Source: Longimicrobiales bacterium (GTDB lineage Bacteria > Gemmatimonadota > Gemmatimonadetes > Longimicrobiales > Gaopeijiaceae). From it: DNA of 27,320 nucleotides. The translations under genes and the position numbers were made by a program. The notes under the pieces are model-generated. The model was not told the origin of the DNA. It saw only the letters and a list, made by a program, of their open reading frames with translations, and ran no database searches. Where the stretch lies: contig JBBSOM010000001.1 in the NCBI GenBank assembly GCA_038259715.1, positions 1 to 27,320 of the forward strand, in the 5' to 3' direction. Below, piece after piece: positions 26,368 to 27,320 of this stretch (the stretch's first letter is position 1; each line of letters begins with the position of its first letter).

Positions 26368-27320
26368 ATGAGGGGACCACGCGTCGTCATCGCGGGCGCC
26401 GGATTCGGCGGCTTGTGGGTGGCCCGCGCGCTCGGGGGCGAGGCGGCCGACGTCGTGCTCGTGGACCGCAACAACTACCACACGTTCTTTCCGCTCCTGT
26501 ACCAGGTGGCCGCGGCGGAACTCGTGCCGGCCGATATCGCTTACCCTGTGCGCTCGATCTTCCGGAAGGCCGAGAACGTCGAGGTGCGCATGGCCGACGT
26601 AACCGGCCTCGACATCGAGGCGCGGCGGGTGCTCACCTCGGCCGGGCCGCTTCCGTACGACATCCTGGTGTTGGCGCTGGGCAGCGTGTCGCACTACTTC
26701 GGGGTCGAGGGCGCGGCGGAGCACGCCTTTCCACTCCGCTGGATGGACGACGCCGTCCCGCTCCGCCACCACGTTCTGACGTGCTTTGAAGTGGCTGTGG
26801 CCACGACCGACCCCGCGCTGCGCCGTCGCCTCCTCACGTTCACGGTGGTGGGGGGCGGGGCGACCGGGGTCGAGTTCTCGGGCGCTCTGGCGGAGCTGAT
26901 CCACGGACCGCTGCGCCGGGACTACCCGGGGCTCGGCGCCGAGGAGATCTCGGTGGTGCTCATCGAGGCCACGGACCATCTGCTGGGTGGAATGGGGGAG
27001 CGTCTGGGCGCCTATGCGGTCGACCGCCTGCGCCGGCGCAAGGTGTCGGTGCGTACCGGCGTCACGGTCGAGACGGTCGGACCGGATTCGGTCACGCTGG
27101 CGGGAGGGGAGTCGATCCCGACCGGGACGGTCGTCTGGACAGCCGGCATCCAGGGTGACCCGAAGGTCCGTTCCTGGGGGTTGCCTGTCGCACGTGGTGG
27201 GCGCATCCCGGTGGACGAACTGCTTCGCGTCGAGGGCCACCCGGAGATCCATGTGATCGGGGATCTCGCGTACCGCGAGGACGAACATGGCATCCCGCTG
27301 CCGCAGGTGGCTCAGGTGGC
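26368..27320 (+). CDS. ndh: Type II NADH dehydrogenase (NDH-2), 3' truncated at the window end; absent from the ORF track
   Basis: Hand translation gives MRGPRVVIAGAGFGGL...DRNNYHTFFPLLYQVA...VVGGGATGVEFSGALAE...VLIEA...WTAGI...IGDLA...PQVAQV. It has two Rossmann motifs; the acidic residue after the second beta-B strand suggests NADH. Confidence 0.9.
   Translation, partial: MRGPRVVIAGAGFGGLWVARALGGEAADVVLVDRNNYHTFFPLLYQVAAAELVPADIAYPVRSIFRKAENVEVRMADVTGLDIEARRVLTSAGPLPYDILVLALGSVSHYFGVEGAAEHAFPLRWMDDAVPLRHHVLTCFEVAVATTDPALRRRLLTFTVVGGGATGVEFSGALAELIHGPLRRDYPGLGAEEISVVLIEATDHLLGGMGERLGAYAVDRLRRRKVSVRTGVTVETVGPDSVTLAGGESIPTGTVVWTAGIQGDPKVRSWGLPVARGGRIPVDELLRVEGHPEIHVIGDLAYREDEHGIPLPQVAQV

Noticed and set aside
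26368-27320. Flavoprotein read as sulfide:quinone oxidoreductase, completing a sulfide oxidation pathway with the PDO
   Set aside because: It has the second Rossmann motif GGGATGVE and other NDH-2 signatures. SQR catalytic cysteine motifs are not visible in the available part.
1-27320. CRISPR arrays, IS elements, integrases, prophage or defence genes, rRNA/tRNA
   Set aside because: No regularly spaced repeats, transposase or recombinase motifs, or RNA gene structures were seen. By eye, base composition is uniform with no sign of a recent island.

Overview
High-GC bacterial chromosomal window with about 23 CDS. Gene style and content suggest Gemmatimonadota or another FCB-group lineage; this is inference. 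No rRNA, tRNA, CRISPR array or mobile element was seen. In order, the window holds: (1) a tightly packed ilvE-ilvD-leuC-leuD-proC operon; (2) an unknown membrane protein; (3) a secreted serine hydrolase plus a Tat-exported M19 dipeptidase; (4) dinB-like, nimA-like and cysK genes; (5) a ~1030-aa BNR/VPS10 propeller protein divergent from a CstB-type persulfide dioxygenase-rhodanese; (6) a HEAT-repeat protein; (7) a four-gene minus-strand operon; (8) a signal-peptide RidA and a DUF2723/TMEM260-like glycosyltransferase; (9) an orphan BlaI repressor; (10) moeB-rhodanese and a truncated ndh. The best candidate for a new system is 17056-21723: a small Cys/His-rich CruR/DUF2946-like leader ORF ending in TAPP rather than RAPP, then a TonB-dependent receptor, a Cys/His/Met-rich Asp-box lipoprotein and a TlpA thioredoxin. 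It looks like a ribosome-arrest-controlled metal (probably copper) uptake module. Second is a perfect 16-bp palindromic operator next to the promoter of the orphan blaI. Many long ORFs in the supplied track are GC-rich shadow frames, so start codons were reassigned by hand using RBS and overlap logic. No database searches were run.
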